NCBI GenBank assembly: GCA_036867785.1
Contig: CP145414.1
Span: forward strand, 682,001-746,000
From: Plasmodiophora brassicae
Lineage: Eukaryota
Direction: 5' to 3'
Length of the DNA: 64,000 bases
A program made the position numbers and the translations under genes. This document shows positions 59,901 through 64,000 of this stretch, piece after piece (positions within the stretch are counted from its first letter, which is position 1; every line of letters begins with the position of its first letter). Under the pieces are notes generated by a model. The model had not been told where the DNA came from, did not search any database, and worked only from the letters and a program-made list of their open reading frames with translations.

Positions 59901-61417
59901 CACCAGGGGGCGGATCGCGCCAGGAACATCTTCATCTGGCGGCGATCGAGGCGCGCCTGCACCTCCTCAGGCATCGTGACCGCCGACACGTAATCGTCGC
60001 GGACGCTCATCACGAACTTGTACTGGACGCTGTCGACCCTACCTTCGACGTGGGCGCCGGGTGCGACCGCGTCCTGCCAGCGGAACACGTCCTTGCACGC
60101 GTCCCACTCGTCGTCGGGCATGTCCCGTCGCGCCAGGGACCGGTAGGTCGACCGTCTGACGGCCAGCGCCACCAGCCCGTTCACCATCCGACCGCACCAC
60201 CGCCTGTTATGTCGTGATACGCGACGTCTGGCGGCCGCCCTGCAATCGACGATACGCTGCTGGTCGTCGCGAAGGCGATCCTCGTACAGCATCTTCTCCA
60301 GCGCGAAATGCTGACGATCGCGACGAAGGGCGACGTCGGCGCTGACGGCCGCGATCCGCTGCTTCTCCTGCTCGTAGTAGGACCGGCGACGCTCAGCGAT
60401 CGTCTCGACCTTGGCGACCTGCAGCATCTGCTGCTGGACGTCGCGTTCGCTGTTCGACCCGATCGTCGTCAGCGCCCTGGCCACGTCGTTGCCCTCCTGG
60501 GCCCGCAGGCGAGCCATGTCCTGGAACCGGTCGCGAAGCACCTTGTCGAGGCGTTTCCGTCGCGACTGATCGTCACGCTCCTGGGCGTCCGCTCGCTGGC
60601 GAATCAGTTCCAGCAGGTTGTCGTCGTTGATGTCGGCAGCGCGCGCCTTCTTCCCCAGCAACGACTCGTCGAAGGCGGCCAGGTCGCGACTGACGCCGGC
60701 CTGGGCGGCGGTGACGCGTTGCTGGCGCTGACGAAGGCGTCGCACGGCGACGCCTTGTTGTGCTTGCTCGTCCTGCGCGGCCATCTCGCCGTGCTTCGCC
60801 TCGCAATGGTCCAGGTGTCGCCTGGTGCACTCGTCGGCGTAGTCCCGTTGGCGAATCCGCTCGTCAAGCTCGGCCAGACGCTCGAGACGGAACCGCTTGT
60901 GTCGGTCGGCGACCTGCTGTGGACGTGCCCGCCCTGGGCTGTGCTGCCCAGCGGCCGCCTTGGCTCGCAGCGTCTGCAGGACGCCCGGCGACGTCGTCCA
61001 CCTCAGCATCTCGGTCAGGTGGCGCCGCTCGAACGCTGCCATGCGCTCGTTGCGTCGATCGTGGGCGGGGGCGGTCTGCTGGGCGACCTGCGATCGCTCC
61101 CAGTGCACCTTAACGGCGTGCAGCAGGTGGAGCGCGGCGCCCGGCTTCCCGGCGATCACGTCCTGGATCGTGTTCGGCGTGCAGACCACGCCCAGGTTGA
61201 CGAACCCGTCGTGCGCTCGCAACCAGTTCCGCTGGATCGCCTCCGGATGCTCCGGCCTCTGCTTGCCGGCGCCCGCGTCCCCCAGCGGGATCACGCCCAG
61301 GCGCTCCAGCAACCGCACGAACAGGCGCCCGTCGCCTGCCAGCGCCTCCAGCGGCCGGTCGTCCGGCATCGCCAGCCCGACATCGTCGACGATCCATGAC
61401 CGCACCAGCTGCGACAT
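56955..61417 (-). CDS. SPEF2: Sperm flagellar protein 2 (SPEF2/CPC1)-like axonemal central-pair protein; multi-exon
   Basis: N-terminal CH-like domain (GDGRLFVRLL..QRNW..DVIAGKPGAALHLL), coiled coil, adenylate-kinase-like region (IGKRFSGKTT, VVDGFPTSVTQAALLERALSG, RRALGRRIDPMTGDTY), FNAIP..MR....KDEVH, IGDWR. Confidence 0.82.
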
Positions 61418-61538
61418 CACTCAGTGACGATCGTCGCGGGCCTACCCGTCAGCGCCCGATGATTGCAGAAGATTCGCCCGGTGCCCATCGTGGGGTACGC
61501 CCGGGTGGTCCAGCACCACACTCACTCAACGGGCGACG

Positions 61539-63139
61539 ATGGGGCGCGGGGCCGCCGGCGTCGGCAAGTTCATGAAAGGGACCGGGTACCTGGGCGGCGA
61601 CCTGCCGGCGGCGTCCCAGCGACGGCGACCGTCGGGGGCGGTCACCCAGCGGGAGCCGACGGCGCACGAGGTCGAACGGGAGCGCAAGGCGCAACGTCGA
61701 CGGGAGATGACGGCGCTGACGAGCAGCGAGACGCAGGACCTGAACCGCCTGCGACAATGCGTCCTGATGGGGCATCGCGACACGCTTCGCGTCGACCGCC
61801 TGACGTCGCTGCGTCGCGATGTGTTGACGTTGAGCGGCGACTTCGTTGCCGCCGGCGAACGCGTCGGGCGGTACGCGGTCCAGAGCGAGAAGGCGGCCAG
61901 CGAACGGTCCGGGCAGATCGAACGAGCCGCCCAGACGCACGGCCGGGCGCTCGACGACATCGTTGTCGGGACCTGGCGCCACCGCCTGATGGACGTCGTC
62001 GAGAGCAGGTCGGCGTGCGATGGTGTGCCTGATGGTCGCCCACTGAATCGGCGCAGCGGCGGGCGTCTGTCCGACCTGGAGCGCGCCTGGACGCAGGAGA
62101 CGGCGTCGGTGGCCGCCTCGAACCAGTCCGACCTGCGATTCTTCCAGCGGCGCGAAGTCGAGGCGCGCCACGCCGTCGACGACGCTGTGGAGGACAGCAA
62201 GCAGGCGTTCCAGGCCGCCAAGGAGGCCATGCGCAACCGGTACATGGAGCGCGCCAACAACCTTCGCGTCTGGCTCGGCAGTAAGATCGACGCCATCGAG
62301 GTACGACGGAGCGTCAGGCGTGGCCGGCAGCCGTTTGACAGAGCAGCGCTCGGCAGGCCCTGTTCGACGAGGAGCACGCCCGGTACGTGGACGCGACGTC
62401 GGACAGGACGAGGGACTTCCAGGCGCTGTCGGCGCGCGACGCGACCACGTCGTCGGAGATCGACCAGCGCGCGCGACGAGCGGACGGCCTGATCCGGTCT
62501 GTGGCGCGATGGCGCAAGCGATTGCAGGAGAACCAGGCGGCGTGCCTCGCCAGGAACGCGGGCCTGCGGCAGCAGAGGAACCTGGTGGCCGCCCAGTACA
62601 AGGCGCTGAAGGCGGCCATCGGCAGGCAGCGCGACGAGCGGAGCTCGCAGGCGAAGGCGATCGCCCGGGCGTGCACGACGGCTCGGGCGCAGATCGCGGA
62701 CGCGTACGCGCTGAGCACGCGGGTCATCACATTGGCTAACGCGATGCTGGCGCATGGGAACGCGTCGTTCGACGACGAGGTGGGCGATGCGGAAGCATCT
62801 GGCGAGGGTCAGGGCGCCGCGATGCAGGAGGACCCGATCGCGACGTTCCTGAAGCGACGGGCGCGTGCCGAGCTTCAGAACAGGGTGATGGTTGCCGCGC
62901 GCGATCGCCAACGCCAGACGAACGCCCAGCTGAGGCAGGCGATCATGCGGTTCCTGGCGAGCACGACGCTGCCGGCCGACTGGATCGACCAGCACAACTG
63001 CCTGTTCGTGATGAACGGCCGGCACGGGTTGCTGCCCAGACAGGTGTTCCACGTGGACCCAGTCGTGGCCATCAACAAGGTCGACAGCGTCGACGTCGTT
63101 CGATCCCAGGCGCTCCTCCACCGGCCCGCCTGCGCCTGA
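61539..63139 (+). CDS. Dynein regulatory complex subunit 2 (CCDC65/DRC2)-like coiled-coil protein; 1 intron
   Basis: NYD-SP28-like N-terminus (LRRDVLTLSGDF...QIERAAQTHGRALDDI); C-terminal NAQLRQAIMRFLASTT..IDQHNCLFVMN resembles the DRC2 end (LR.ILKQYLDGI....NPLLVVN). Confidence 0.65.
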
Positions 63140-63431
63140 AGTCGCCCAGTTTCTGTTGTTTAACTGCATAAACCAAGGTCGGCCGCTACCACTCGTGCGG
63201 TGGCCACGTCGCCTCCTCCTAATGGCACTCTGGTGTGCACATTGCAACCTTCATGCTGACAACACAAATCAACCCAGCATTCGTGCACCGCGGTGGGCAC
63301 CGTCAGCGTTGCCGCATTCGGGCAGGTCTGCATCGAGTCACACGCCGCCGGCAGAGCAACAACAACATTGGCCCCGGTCCTGTCGCTCAGCAGGTTGCGT
63401 TTCGTACTAGTCACTGGGACGTTCGGCCTCG

Positions 63432-64000
63432 ATGAGCAGTGCCAAGGCGGTTGTCGCGGCGGTTGTGGCTGTGGCCGCCGTCGGCGTCGCCGTGTGGGCC
63501 TGGTGGAGGAGCGCACAGTCGGGGACGCCGACGAAGCACGCGAAGGCGAGGAAGGACGACGGCAGGCACAAGCTGAGCGAGAAAAAGCGCAAGAAGCAGC
63601 ACAAGGACGATGAGAAGCGCCTGCGCGATAAGAAGAAGACTAAGACGCGCAGGAGCGATAGTGACGATAGCGTGGATGATGACGTCAAAGCCGACGACGT
63701 CGCAGCGTCCATGTCCCCTGCCATCGTCGTGTCGCCAGCAGTCGAGGTTGAGCAACCGTCCACCGACGCATCGCCAGCTGCTGCTGTCGAGCAGCAAGCG
63801 CCCGCCGCAGCATCCACGCCTGTTGCTGCTGTCGAGCAGCCGACCGTCGTTCGAGAGGACAGCGCCCCTATCGACGACGAGCAGCCGCGTGCCGTTCGCG
63901 AGGACAGCGCCGTCATCGACAACCATTTCACAGTGGATAACCTGTCCGTCGATCCACGCCCGGACGAGAACGTGCCGGCGACGCTATCGGCGTCGTTCGT
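63432..64000 (+). CDS. Signal-anchor protein with Lys-rich then low-complexity region; truncated by window end
   Basis: MSSAKAVVAAVVAVAAVGVAVWAWWR followed by KKRKKQHK..; frame stays open to the end of the window. Confidence 0.7.
   Translation, partial: MSSAKAVVAAVVAVAAVGVAVWAWWRSAQSGTPTKHAKARKDDGRHKLSEKKRKKQHKDDEKRLRDKKKTKTRRSDSDDSVDDDVKADDVAASMSPAIVVSPAVEVEQPSTDASPAAAVEQQAPAAASTPVAAVEQPTVVREDSAPIDDEQPRAVREDSAVIDNHFTVDNLSVDPRPDENVPATLSASF

Noticed and set aside
61526-63247. 573-aa minus-strand ORF and other long antisense ORFs (40860-42119, 51140-52429, 60308-61399)
   Set aside because: They lie opposite well-supported genes in high-GC DNA where stop codons are scarce, and show no domain signatures.

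Overview
Gene-dense, GC-rich eukaryotic DNA with short (about 50-70 nt) GT-AG introns and very small intergenic spaces. Flagellar genes (SPEF2, DRC2/CCDC65, a CDKL kinase), hevein/CBM18 chitin-binding proteins and a Dam1-like gene point to a zoosporic protist; a plasmodiophorid such as Plasmodiophora is my inference and is not verified. About 28 protein genes can be delineated, with exon boundaries read by eye and therefore approximate. The most notable feature is an apparently intact, very young 5126-bp Ty1/Copia LTR retrotransposon (39363-44488, minus strand, identical 180-bp LTRs). It splits into Gag-protease and integrase-RT-RNaseH ORFs joined by a textbook -1 ribosomal frameshift signal (G_GAU_UUC, 6-nt spacer, 10-bp GC hairpin). 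Its primer-binding site matches the anticodon arm of tRNA-Lys(CUU), implying half-tRNA priming. It also has a non-canonical D-N-A protease triad and no 5-bp target-site duplication. It is nested in the subterminal region of a decayed hAT DNA transposon (37199-44542) that carries a ~215-bp fold-back duplication. Other points of interest are a cluster of three membrane-anchored CBM18/Pro-Thr-stalk proteins with a shared tail motif, a Dam1-like protein with a possible winged-helix tail, and a head-to-head SPEF2/DRC2 gene pair.
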